This document shows, piece after piece, positions 55,052 through 64,000 of a stretch of DNA of 64,000 nucleotides. Every line of letters begins with the position of its first letter. Position 1 is the first letter of the stretch. The DNA comes from an uncultured bacterium (GTDB lineage Bacteria; Babelota; Babeliae; Babelales; Vermiphilaceae). The notes beneath the pieces are model-generated. The model did not search any database. It was not told where the DNA came from and worked only from the letters and a program-made list of their open reading frames with translations. The stretch is from the NCBI GenBank assembly GCA_963701085.1, contig OY969561.1:960001-1024000 (forward strand), in the 5' to 3' direction. The position numbers and the translations under genes were made by a program.

Positions 55052-56575
55052 TTAACCAAAAATATAGCGCATAAGCAGTGCGCCCCAGGCATTAGATATT
55101 AAAAATACGGCCTCTTGATATGAGTTGTGAATGCCGCGTTCAGGAAAATAAATAGCAATTCCGTGTGCATTTTTTAAATTTTTTCCTACGGTATTTGCGA
55201 TAACAAGTTGCTCAATTAATTGTATGCCCTCATCAAGTTTCATGAGGATATTATTTTTTGTTGCTGGGTTCATTTGATTATTGTCTGCCGTAAATCTTCT
55301 TATATTGTTTGATAAGTTTCTATAAAAGTGATGGAGATCTATATATGTTGGTTCATCAAAGTGCGTGCAGAGTAATTTGTTTCTGCTTTCTTTTATGAGA
55401 GGAGCAAGGATATTTTTTTGTTTATCAAGGCCATCAATCAGTATTTTTGATACATGATCTATATTGCGTTCCAACAGTTCAATGGAATCAAGATTTATTG
55501 CGGATAATGTATAGTCATTAGTGATTGATTGATAGGTTCTGTCATAAGCGGCAACAATATGACGAGCAAAGGTAGGAGTATCCAGTCTATCATTAAGAAA
55601 AGGGTAGAGTACTTCATCATATTTCCATCCCATTCCAAGTTCTACTTCTTCAGAGCTTACCATGACATGAGCATATTTTTTGATGAAACTGCTTACTTCT
55701 ATCATTGACATGAGACATGCATCAAAACCAATTATGCCGAATTTTTTACCACCAAGATAATTTTGACATATTGTTTGGAGAGCTATTTCCATTTTTCTGT
55801 TTGATAAATAGTTTCCTGTGGTATCATCCCAACAAACCCCACGATATTTTGGATCTCCATGTTCAATTGCGTCCATGAATTCAATCGATCTATCAAGATC
55901 AAGCCGATGGGTTGATGGATTAAATACAAAAAGATCCATTGGGTTGATAATTTTGCCATGAGGTGGTTCAAGAATTCCCGTTCCATGATTCCAGAGGATA
56001 AGATCGTATTCATCGGCAGGATAGCTTCTGATAGCCCACTCGCAGAAAGAAATAAGTGTTGCAGGATTGCCACTATCCATTTGTTGTGTCAGAGGATTAT
56101 AAGGATCAATATGAAGCACTTGGTCTTTTTCAATAAGGTAACGGCGAGTTATTTTTTTATTGCCTGATATGCGAATATCCAAATGAACGGCGATCGTGAT
56201 ATTTTGATTAGATCCAATGTTTGCCATTTGTTGAATATTACGAGCTGCGAAAGGGCGCAGATCATTGTCTGCCGCCATATATATCATGATAGTGCGTTTA
56301 GTTTGACCGACTTTATTGGCCTTGTTCTGTTTATGAGGTTTACTGATTTTTTTATTTTTTTTCGTGATGGTGACTTTATTCGTTTTTATTGAACTTGTTT
56401 GACGAATTTCATCACAAAAATCGCAATAACATGATTGATAAGTAACATTCCTATCCGCAGAATGTATTTTGCTGTTGTTATTTATTGTGTGGATCATTCC
56501 GACTGTTAAGCATAAGCCTACAAGAATACATTTGTTTATTATCTTGCTCGTTGTTTTGATAATTTGTGACAACAT
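55052..56575 (-). CDS. Clostripain family (C11) cysteine peptidase, secreted
   Basis: IYMAADNDL, LILWNHGTG, GFDACLM..IEV. Confidence 0.88.
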   Translation of the reverse strand: MLSQIIKTTSKIINKCILVGLCLTVGMIHTINNNSKIHSADRNVTYQSCYCDFCDEIRQTSSIKTNKVTITKKNKKISKPHKQNKANKVGQTKRTIMIYMAADNDLRPFAARNIQQMANIGSNQNITIAVHLDIRISGNKKITRRYLIEKDQVLHIDPYNPLTQQMDSGNPATLISFCEWAIRSYPADEYDLILWNHGTGILEPPHGKIINPMDLFVFNPSTHRLDLDRSIEFMDAIEHGDPKYRGVCWDDTTGNYLSNRKMEIALQTICQNYLGGKKFGIIGFDACLMSMIEVSSFIKKYAHVMVSSEEVELGMGWKYDEVLYPFLNDRLDTPTFARHIVAAYDRTYQSITNDYTLSAINLDSIELLERNIDHVSKILIDGLDKQKNILAPLIKESRNKLLCTHFDEPTYIDLHHFYRNLSNNIRRFTADNNQMNPATKNNILMKLDEGIQLIEQLVIANTVGKNLKNAHGIAIYFPERGIHNSYQEAVFLISNAWGALLMRYIFG

Positions 56576-56657
56576 TATAAGTCTCCCTTTTTTTGATTTG
56601 TTGCTCAGTTAATGTTTTTATATTAGGCGATGTGATGCGGGAGAATCAATATTTTGA

Positions 56658-57779
56658 TTATTTGGTTGTATGTTCAGTTGATAATTGGTTAAACCATGTT
56701 AAGGCGAATGTGAGTGCAAAGCTTAGTTGAAAATCAAGAAAAAAGAGATAGAGCGGACAGTAGAGTAAGAAACCAAAGCAGACGAGAGTTAAATAATGCA
56801 ACAAATGAAAAGGAGTTTTGGCGAATAAGCAAAACTTATTTAATATGAATAATGCAAATGATCGGGTAAATGGTGCTGATGTCCACGTTAAGATAAAATA
56901 GATACAACTGAGTAGGGCCATTATGAGTTGTTTTATGATGAGAGGAAGAGGAATAACACAAAAAATGGCCTGCCAGATAAAAATAAAGAGTGCTAGGTGT
57001 AGTCCCGAGCGGGCAAGAAAATGTGAAATTCCCCAGATTTTGAACTGTTCATTGGTCTCTTCTAATTCTGCTTTAATGCATGCGCGATTCCCAAGGAAAA
57101 GTGATGAAAAAAAACGAAATCCGTTTGGAGACAGTTTGTTTGCTAAGCTATCTAAAAGTCTTTTTTTTTGGCTCCATATCCAGTAGCGCAACGACCATGT
57201 TGGATGATTGTTAATGGTGTATGATGGTGCATCATCAAAAATTGTTGCAACAATCTGTTCTTTTATCTGATAGCGCTGAAAAGATTCATTAGATGGCTTT
57301 TTACAACATATATTATAGAAAGTCACGGTATCTCCAACAACAGCGCTATTGTTGCTTTCTGTGTAAATAATCAATGTTTTGTTGCTTGTTTGTGTGCATT
57401 GTGCTGTTGCAACATCGTTAATGGCAAGGGTAATGGCGGTTAATTTTTTGTAATGTTGTATCACTTCACTTTTATCTATGACAGTTCCGGTAATAGTTAT
57501 TTTTTTGTTATGAGCAAATGTATAAAAATCATCATAATCACGCAGCTCTTTTTGATGCAGCCATGCACCTGTACAAACAAAAAAGGAACAAAGAATAAGT
57601 TGTTTTGGAAAGGGTAGCTGTTTTAGGTGTGCAAATAGTGCACAAAAGAGTAATAGCACTAAAATGGCCAAAAAGGGGATAAGTGTTGTGTGCCAGATGA
57701 TGCCAACAATAAAAAACAGTGTTATAATAAAAAGTGGTGGGATGTTGATAAGGTGGAAGTTTTTGGTGAATAAGTACAT
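56658..57779 (-). CDS. comEC: ComEC/Rec2-like competence membrane protein (short form)
   Basis: N-terminal TMs and OB-like region, GISHFLARSGLHL, DFQLSFA. Confidence 0.8.
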   Translation of the reverse strand: MYLFTKNFHLINIPPLFIITLFFIVGIIWHTTLIPFLAILVLLLFCALFAHLKQLPFPKQLILCSFFVCTGAWLHQKELRDYDDFYTFAHNKKITITGTVIDKSEVIQHYKKLTAITLAINDVATAQCTQTSNKTLIIYTESNNSAVVGDTVTFYNICCKKPSNESFQRYQIKEQIVATIFDDAPSYTINNHPTWSLRYWIWSQKKRLLDSLANKLSPNGFRFFSSLFLGNRACIKAELEETNEQFKIWGISHFLARSGLHLALFIFIWQAIFCVIPLPLIIKQLIMALLSCIYFILTWTSAPFTRSFALFILNKFCLFAKTPFHLLHYLTLVCFGFLLYCPLYLFFLDFQLSFALTFALTWFNQLSTEHTTK

Positions 57780-57873
57780 GTTTTATGAGTTGTTTAATTC
57801 TATTATAGCATATATTGTTTTTGAAATATTGTTTTTGTATACAATATCATAAATTTTGATAATGAACGAGCTG

Positions 57874-57941
57874 TTTTTAATGACCTTTACAATAACCACT
57901 GTTTCTTGTTATGTTGTTTTTAATTAAAAACAGCCAGAAAA
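57874..57941 (+). repeat. Duplicate of M16 gene promoter region
   Basis: tttttaatga..ttt.caata.ccac.gtttct.gttatg.tgtttttaattaaaaa matches 58924-58991. Confidence 0.8.
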
Positions 57942-57961
57942 GCCTTTTAAGGAGAAAAAAA

Positions 57962-58912
57962 ATGAAAAAAGTAATGAGTTATTTGTTTTTTTTATGTATA
58001 TCAATGAATATGCTTGTGGCTATGGAGCCGCAGAGAGATAGACAAATGGTAAATCTCAAATTGATAGATGATAAGAACAAAATTTATTCAATAGCGCGAT
58101 GGAAAGTGGTACAAGAATTATATCTAGATGCTACGATTAACATTCCTGGTATTACCGAACAAGAAATTTCATATTTTGATAAAGAATTAAACACAATTGA
58201 TTTACAAGCGATTCAAGAGAATAAAGAGAATAAAGATGAGTTAAAAAAAGAGATTAAAAAAAAGATTATACTACATCACCTTCCTGCGTATAAAAAAGTT
58301 TTTGATTATCTTCTCGTTTCCATGATTGCAGACAATATTCACAATGATCTCGTGAAATCAGAAAAAGCTTATTCATTTGAGCCAAAATCAGTAAAAAAGT
58401 TATCAATGCAAGATTTATATATACCACCGATAGCTAAATTAGGGACAGATACTTTTAATGGGAAATGTTTCTTAGTTAATGATCATTCAGTCAACCCTGT
58501 AATAACTTATATACCTCTTTCAACAATGATGTGTATGGCTAAAAATCGTACGAATTGTGTGGAAATATACAATCATAATAAACATTTATTTGAACATATG
58601 GGTACAGTGTCATATGATCAAATAAACATCAATGGACTTGGTGTTACTACTGATTTGAGGTATTTAGTAGCCACCTTTGATGATATGCTGGTATCTAAAG
58701 CAGAATTGTATAGCGATAGTGATCTTGATGCATACAAAGACATAACAAATAATATAAAATTAGCCGATATTTATCTGTTATTGCATTTGTATAAAGCAAA
58801 AGAACAAAAACTCCGCGCTGAATTGCATGATAATGAACGCGAGTATATTCGCAATTATTTGACTACAAATGAAAAAGGTAAGGAACTTATACAAAAACAC
58901 TTTTTGTCGTAA
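57962..58912 (+). CDS. Hypothetical secreted protein
   Basis: AAGGAG before ATG 57962; signal ...LVA-ME. Confidence 0.7.
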   Translation: MKKVMSYLFFLCISMNMLVAMEPQRDRQMVNLKLIDDKNKIYSIARWKVVQELYLDATINIPGITEQEISYFDKELNTIDLQAIQENKENKDELKKEIKKKIILHHLPAYKKVFDYLLVSMIADNIHNDLVKSEKAYSFEPKSVKKLSMQDLYIPPIAKLGTDTFNGKCFLVNDHSVNPVITYIPLSTMMCMAKNRTNCVEIYNHNKHLFEHMGTVSYDQININGLGVTTDLRYLVATFDDMLVSKAELYSDSDLDAYKDITNNIKLADIYLLLHLYKAKEQKLRAELHDNEREYIRNYLTTNEKGKELIQKHFLS

Positions 58913-58936
58913 GTTCCTTACCTTTTTTAATGAATT

Positions 58937-58965
58937 TTGCAATAGCCACCGTTTCTCGTTATGCT
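58937..58965 (+). promoter_or_regulatory. Sigma70-type promoter of M16 gene
   Basis: TTGCAA-17 bp-TATGCT. Confidence 0.55.
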
Positions 58966-59001
58966 GTTTTTAATTAAAAAAAGCGAGAAAATTCTTTTCT
59001 A

Positions 59002-61794
59002 GTGAGGTGGTCTATGCGTTCTTATCTTGTTAATTTAGCAGCTCTTGGGTATCATGTAATTCTTATAGGGTTAATCATAATATATGTGCCAATACTCGGC
59101 AATGATGCCATCAAAACAGAATCAGGAATGTACATGTCAGATCAAAAAAATATGATGCAACAGGCGGCATCTGTTTATCCACACGTTGAAAAAAGAATGT
59201 TAGATAATGGACTTACTATTCTTGTGCGTGAATCTCACGAGATACCAAAAGTGTCTTTTCAGATTTGGTATAATGTTGGTTCAAAAGATGAATTAACGGG
59301 TGAAAAGGGCATTGCGCATCTTATTGAGCATATGATTTTTAAAGGTACTGATACATTATCTGAATCAGATATTAATGTTCTTGTGCATAAGCTTTCTGGT
59401 AGTTGTAATGCATTTACTTCATATGATTACACGGGATATTTATTTAATTTTCCTACTCATCACTGGCATGAAGCTTTTCCTGTTGTCGCTGATTGTATGA
59501 CCAACTGCTTATTTGATGATGATATGCTTAATTCTGAAATGAAGGCGGTTATACAAGAGCTAAAATTATATAAAGATCAATATGAACGTTCTTTGATGGA
59601 AGAGATGATTGGTATGATTTTTGCTGATCATCCATATCATTTTCCTATTATTGGGTATAAACAAGATTTGTGGAGTGTTGCGGGTAAAGATTTATTATCG
59701 TTTTACAAAAAACATTATAAGCCTAATAATGCCACGCTGGTGATTGTTGGTGATGTTAATCCTGATGAAGTAGTAGACTTAGCAAATAAATACTTTGGTG
59801 CTATTCCAAAAGATCCAGAATATACAAAAAAAGAAAATTTCTTTCATCGTGACATCGCGTCAAAATCATTAACATTATATCGCGATGTTGCTCAGCCAAC
59901 GTTAGCATATGCATTTGTTGTGCCAGGAGCGGTTGACAAAAGAGATACAGCACTTGATATTTTTGAGTGGATTTTGGGCAAGGGAAAGAGTTCACGTTTG
60001 TATAAAAAATTGGTTAATGAAACTCAATTGGTAACGAGCGTCTCAACCGGTTTTTGGAATCTTTTTGATTATGGTATTTTCTTTATTTTGGCAGAGCCAA
60101 AAAACATAGAAGATGCGTCAGACATTGAACGTATTATTTTGGCAGAGTTAGATGATCTTGCAAAAAACGGCATTAGCCTTGATGAGTTTGAAAGAGGTTA
60201 TAAAAAAACACAAATGTCATTTTATAGTCTTTTAGAAGCGATTGAAGATCAAGCGTATGCAATTGGGCACACTTACTTGGCTACTGGTGATGAAAATTAT
60301 GTGTTTACGTCTTTAGAACAACCAGAAGAAGTTTTAAAAAAACAGATACAAGAAATTGTTAGCTCATACTTCCGCCCGGCAGTTATGCATAAAGGTTTTG
60401 TGCTTGAATTACCGGAATCTGAAAAAGGGGAATGGGCGGTATTGCAAGAAGAATCAGATAAGGAAGATGAGAAAATTCTTGCTGCGCGTATACGTTCAAC
60501 TGAAGTTGGTGGGGCGGTGTATGCAAAAACGGTTGATGTTCAATTGCCAGCACATTTTAATTTTCCTAAGCCAGAGACAATGTCTTTATCAAACGGATTA
60601 AAAGTGTTGTATCACAATAATGATATGACTCCCAAGATTAACATTATTCTTGAATTTAAAGCTCGTTCACATTACGATCCCCAAGATCAGCAAGGACTTT
60701 ACACATTTGTTGCTGATATGATGACCGAAGGTACAAGAAATTACACGAGTGAAGAACTCGCTGATGCAATTGAATCACGAGGGATGTCATTGAATGTATA
60801 CCCTGGTGGCATTTCTATGAAAATGCTCGAGGGTGATTTTGTTTTTGGTCTTGGTATTTTAAAAGAAGTTTTGACCAATGCAACATTTCCTGAAGATGAA
60901 ATAGAAAAAGTGCGCGATCAGTTGTTGACTGATATTAAACAGTATTGGGATGAACCACGTTCTTTTGTCAGTGATTTGGTGCGTAAAACTCTTTATAAAG
61001 ACCATCCTTATAGTAAACAAAGCATTGGAACTGAAAAATCTGTTTCATCAATGACGCGCCAAGATTTGATGGATTTTTATAAAAAATATATTTCTCCTTC
61101 TGGAGCTCGCATAGCAATTGTTGGAGACATAGAACAGTATGATTTACAGAATGTTTTAGAAACAGCTCTTGGCGATTGGCAGGGACCAGTTGTCAAAGAA
61201 TTGGATTATCCTCAACTGTCTCCGGTAGAAAAACAAGATGTAAATTATCCTATTAATCGTGATCAGGTTGTGTTGTGTTTAGCGCAATTATCAATTGCTC
61301 GTACACACCCTGATTTTGATAAATATCTATTATTTGATCAAATATTTGGTGGTGGAGCTCTTGGTTCTATGAGTTCACGTTTGTTTGATTTGCGTGAGCA
61401 AACAGGGTTATTTTATACTATTCGTGGATCATTAACTGCAGGAGCTGATGAGCAACCAGGTATGTTCCAAGTGCGCACTATTGTTTCTTTGGATAGACTT
61501 GTAGAGGCAGAAAAAGTTATCAAGGAAACCATTGATAATGTTGTTGATACGTTAACTGAACAAGATCTTGAAGAAGCAAAGGCTGCGGTGGTCAATACGC
61601 TTGTTGATAATTTTGTATCTAACAGTGATATTGCAAGCACATTCTTATATGTTGATCGTTTTAAATTCCCTGCTGACTATTTTGATAATCGTGCTGCACA
61701 AGTTGAACAAGTTACGCTCGATGAAATGAAGCAAGCGGTTAAGAATATTCTTGCATCAGACAAAATTATTACGGTGCGTGCGGGACGAGTATAA
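59002..61794 (+). CDS. M16 (pitrilysin/insulinase) zinc peptidase, two-lobed
   Basis: GIAHLIEHMIFKG (HxxEH), NAFTS, SSRL twice; start uncertain. Confidence 0.93.
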   Translation: MRWSMRSYLVNLAALGYHVILIGLIIIYVPILGNDAIKTESGMYMSDQKNMMQQAASVYPHVEKRMLDNGLTILVRESHEIPKVSFQIWYNVGSKDELTGEKGIAHLIEHMIFKGTDTLSESDINVLVHKLSGSCNAFTSYDYTGYLFNFPTHHWHEAFPVVADCMTNCLFDDDMLNSEMKAVIQELKLYKDQYERSLMEEMIGMIFADHPYHFPIIGYKQDLWSVAGKDLLSFYKKHYKPNNATLVIVGDVNPDEVVDLANKYFGAIPKDPEYTKKENFFHRDIASKSLTLYRDVAQPTLAYAFVVPGAVDKRDTALDIFEWILGKGKSSRLYKKLVNETQLVTSVSTGFWNLFDYGIFFILAEPKNIEDASDIERIILAELDDLAKNGISLDEFERGYKKTQMSFYSLLEAIEDQAYAIGHTYLATGDENYVFTSLEQPEEVLKKQIQEIVSSYFRPAVMHKGFVLELPESEKGEWAVLQEESDKEDEKILAARIRSTEVGGAVYAKTVDVQLPAHFNFPKPETMSLSNGLKVLYHNNDMTPKINIILEFKARSHYDPQDQQGLYTFVADMMTEGTRNYTSEELADAIESRGMSLNVYPGGISMKMLEGDFVFGLGILKEVLTNATFPEDEIEKVRDQLLTDIKQYWDEPRSFVSDLVRKTLYKDHPYSKQSIGTEKSVSSMTRQDLMDFYKKYISPSGARIAIVGDIEQYDLQNVLETALGDWQGPVVKELDYPQLSPVEKQDVNYPINRDQVVLCLAQLSIARTHPDFDKYLLFDQIFGGGALGSMSSRLFDLREQTGLFYTIRGSLTAGADEQPGMFQVRTIVSLDRLVEAEKVIKETIDNVVDTLTEQDLEEAKAAVVNTLVDNFVSNSDIASTFLYVDRFKFPADYFDNRAAQVEQVTLDEMKQAVKNILASDKIITVRAGRV

Positions 61795-61818
61795 ATATTT
61801 AATTTTTTATTGTTTATT

Positions 61819-61857
61819 ACGGGGAATTGGAAGTGTTTTTCCAATTCCCCGTTTTTT
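61819..61857 (+). terminator. Intrinsic terminator after M16 gene
   Basis: acggggaattggaa-gtgttt-ttccaattccccgt plus T run. Confidence 0.75.
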
Positions 61858-61879
61858 GATTTTTAAGTTATTATGCTGA

Positions 61880-62755
61880 TTATTTTATTTCTTGCTTAAC
61901 AAAAATGCGTATTTTGCTATCAAAAGATCCTGTTACTAATATATTTCCCGATGGGCCAAAGTGCATTGAAAGAACTTGTTTATCATGTTCCAGCATTGCA
62001 GTTTTAAGGTATGTTTCCAGATCAAAAATATGAACTTTATTATCACGTGATGCTATTGCAAGAAGTTTTTCAAAAGGGTCAAAGACAAGTGCGCTTACCG
62101 AACTGTTAAGTTCAAAAATTTTGATTTTTTCTTTTCTTTTAATATCAAATAAACATGCCTTGTTATTACCAGATCCTGTTGCAAGAAATTTTCCTGATGG
62201 GGAAACTGCTGTGGTAATAATCCAGCTGTTATGCTTAAAGGAGATGATTTTTTCATTTGTTTTGAGGTTGTTGATGCGCACTTTATTTTGAGATGATTCT
62301 ATCGATTTTACCCCGAGTAGATTATTATTATTATCAAAATGGATTGAGGTAATGGCTCCGTCATGAGCAAAAGAATCGATTCGGTTCAATGTTAATTCGT
62401 TTTCATCTTTTTTGATATCAAAGATACATGTTTCTGGTTTGTGTGATAGTGTTGCAAACTTTGTACCATCATGATTAAAACAAATTGATGTAATACCATG
62501 ATTAAAAGACAAAAAAGCCATTTTTTTACCCGATTGTAGATCAGATATGTATACCAGTTCAGCACAGGGAACAACAGCTAACAATCTTTCAGTAGGATCG
62601 ATGCACACTGAACTAATCCAACGATGGTCTTCAAATATTTTATCTAAATGCCATTGACCTGTTGATTTTACAGGAATAATTTTTTCAGACTCCATGCCGA
62701 TTAGTGTGCTATTTAAATAAAAAATGGTGAGAAAAATAATATTTTTATTGTTCAT
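61880..62755 (-). CDS. Secreted WD40-repeat protein
   Basis: Signal ...LIG-ME; repeats SPSGKFLATGS, FDPFEKLLAIAS, FGPSGNILVTGSFD. Confidence 0.85.
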   Translation of the reverse strand: MNNKNIIFLTIFYLNSTLIGMESEKIIPVKSTGQWHLDKIFEDHRWISSVCIDPTERLLAVVPCAELVYISDLQSGKKMAFLSFNHGITSICFNHDGTKFATLSHKPETCIFDIKKDENELTLNRIDSFAHDGAITSIHFDNNNNLLGVKSIESSQNKVRINNLKTNEKIISFKHNSWIITTAVSPSGKFLATGSGNNKACLFDIKRKEKIKIFELNSSVSALVFDPFEKLLAIASRDNKVHIFDLETYLKTAMLEHDKQVLSMHFGPSGNILVTGSFDSKIRIFVKQEIK

Positions 62756-62790
62756 GGTTTATTAATTCACGGTTTTTTTTACGAACTATT

Positions 62791-62943
62791 TTACTGCTTT
62801 TTTGATTGTATCAATAATTTATGTAGTTGTTGAGCTGAATTAGTTAATATTTTTTGTTCATCGTTATTCAGTGGGATTGGAAGTGTTTTTTCAATTCCAT
62901 TCTCACCGAGTATAGCAGGTAGGCTGATGCACATGTCATATTT
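62791..62943 (-). pseudogene. Displaced duplicate of ldh/mdh 3' end
   Basis: KYDMCISLPAILGENGIEKTLPIPLNNDEQKILTNSAQQLHKLLIQSKKQ* vs same region of 63759-64000. Confidence 0.9.
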
Positions 62944-63054
62944 GATAATCGTGCTGAACAACTTGAAAAAATTACGCTTGATGATGTAAAAAAAGCAGTT
63001 AAAATATTTCTTAACTCAAAGAATTTGATTCCTGTCCGTGCAGGGTGAGTGTAA
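62941..63054 (+). pseudogene. Displaced duplicate of M16 peptidase 3' end
   Basis: FDNRAEQLEKITLDDVKKAVKIFLNSKNLIPVRAG*V* vs FDNRAAQVEQVTLDEMKQAVKNILASDKIITVRAGRV*. Confidence 0.9.
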
Positions 63055-63088
63055 GATTCGATCCAACTGTATTATTAAGATAATAGAT

Positions 63089-63700
63089 CTATAGTTCAAA
63101 GAATTTTGCTACATCAATAGTATCACTCGCCACTTTTGTGGTGACATGGTATCGTTTATATTCATAAACATACTTGAATGTTTCTAGTACTCGTTCATAT
63201 CCATACCACGTGTCTTGAGCATCATGTACTATAAAGATATCGGTATGTGAGCGTAAACGTTCAATATCAACTACGCGACGCAGTCCTGGAGTGTGATCAA
63301 TAAACACAATACTCCAATGCGTATCTGAACCAATAGTATCCCACGCATCTTCTCCAACACTAAACCATACATCGTTCCTCTCGCTGTACTTATCATATGC
63401 AGGTACATAGATAAACGTATGCCAATCACGCTGCATATCAATAAATAATTCGAGCCATACTCTATCTACATCAGTTGAAACAAGCATGCGTTTCATTGGC
63501 GCACATAATGCATGCAACATTGGTGTACTATAATCGCCACAACCCATTTCCAGTATGGGTCCAGTCGTATTGGCTGCTATAGTTGCCAATACAGGAAAAT
63601 GTGTTCCAAAACCATTAATGCCATTACGATACTCTTGCATGGAGTTGAATATAGAATGCGTAAAAAATAAACATACTGTTATTGATAATATTTTTTTCAT
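63089..63700 (-). CDS. Secreted class I SAM-methyltransferase-like protein
   Basis: MKKILSITV signal; ILEMGCGDYST motif I; IVFIDH; IVHD. Confidence 0.6.
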   Translation of the reverse strand: MKKILSITVCLFFTHSIFNSMQEYRNGINGFGTHFPVLATIAANTTGPILEMGCGDYSTPMLHALCAPMKRMLVSTDVDRVWLELFIDMQRDWHTFIYVPAYDKYSERNDVWFSVGEDAWDTIGSDTHWSIVFIDHTPGLRRVVDIERLRSHTDIFIVHDAQDTWYGYERVLETFKYVYEYKRYHVTTKVASDTIDVAKFFEL

Positions 63701-63758
63701 GACAGACTTTTCTTTTTTTAATGTGACGTCAGTTTGGTATAATAGTTGAAAATTTCTT

Positions 63759-64000
63759 TCAAATGCTACTACAGTGATCCCTTTTGTCAAACATGAATTT
63801 GAAAAGATTGCGTAATTGCTGCGCTGAGTCAATTAATTGTTTTTGTTCATCGTTATCAAGTGGGATTGGGAGTATTTTTTCAATGCCATTTTCACCTAGT
63901 ATAGCAGGTAGGCTGATGCACATGTCATATTTTTCATTATACACGCTTAACGGCATGACTAATTTTTGATCAAAAATAATCGCTTCACACATGCGTGCTA
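63759..64000 (-). CDS. L-lactate/malate dehydrogenase, C-terminal part
   Basis: EAIIFDQKLVMPLS...ISLPAILGENGIE...L..DEQ..L..SA..L. Confidence 0.85.
   Translation of the reverse strand, partial: ARMCEAIIFDQKLVMPLSVYNEKYDMCISLPAILGENGIEKILPIPLDNDEQKQLIDSAQQLRNLFKFMFDKRDHCSSI

Noticed and set aside
63701-63832. Long N-terminus of ORF 63089-63832
   Set aside because: Overlaps ldh; MKKIL signal-type start at 63700 fits better.
1-64000. tRNA, rRNA, transposase, integrase or prophage genes
   Set aside because: None recognised by eye; a tRNAscan/Infernal run would be needed to exclude short RNAs.

Overview
AT-rich bacterial chromosome segment. Gene content (many signal-peptide hypothetical proteins, ankyrin/WD40/F-box-like proteins, a eukaryote-type palmitoyl-protein thioesterase, reduced housekeeping neighbourhoods) suggests an intracellular protist-associated bacterium, probably Candidatus Dependentiae/Babelota (TM6); this assignment is inference. 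Core genes: DEAD helicase, amino-acid ABC transporter, uvrC, tpiA, secG, mlaEF, dcd, moxR, a T2SS block with two secretins, eno, aspS, nfo, pyrG, infB, nusA, udg, comEC, M16 peptidase and ldh/mdh. Many genes, including essential aspS, carry indels, so the consensus is probably error-prone. Main discoveries: (1) accessory secreted-protein genes repeatedly sit between an intact housekeeping-gene end and a diverged duplicate of that end (tpiA, mlaF, M16/ldh, M16 promoter), with no integrase in the window; (2) a polymorphic-toxin locus led by two signal-peptide AAA+ ATPases and followed by an immunity-like array; (3) a shared signal-peptide-then-Met N-terminal signature on about 15 proteins; (4) a probable oriC with 11-bp-period non-canonical DnaA-box arrays at a GC-skew switch; (5) several palindromic repeat families, a covarying ~67-bp palindrome array, and a candidate sRNA.
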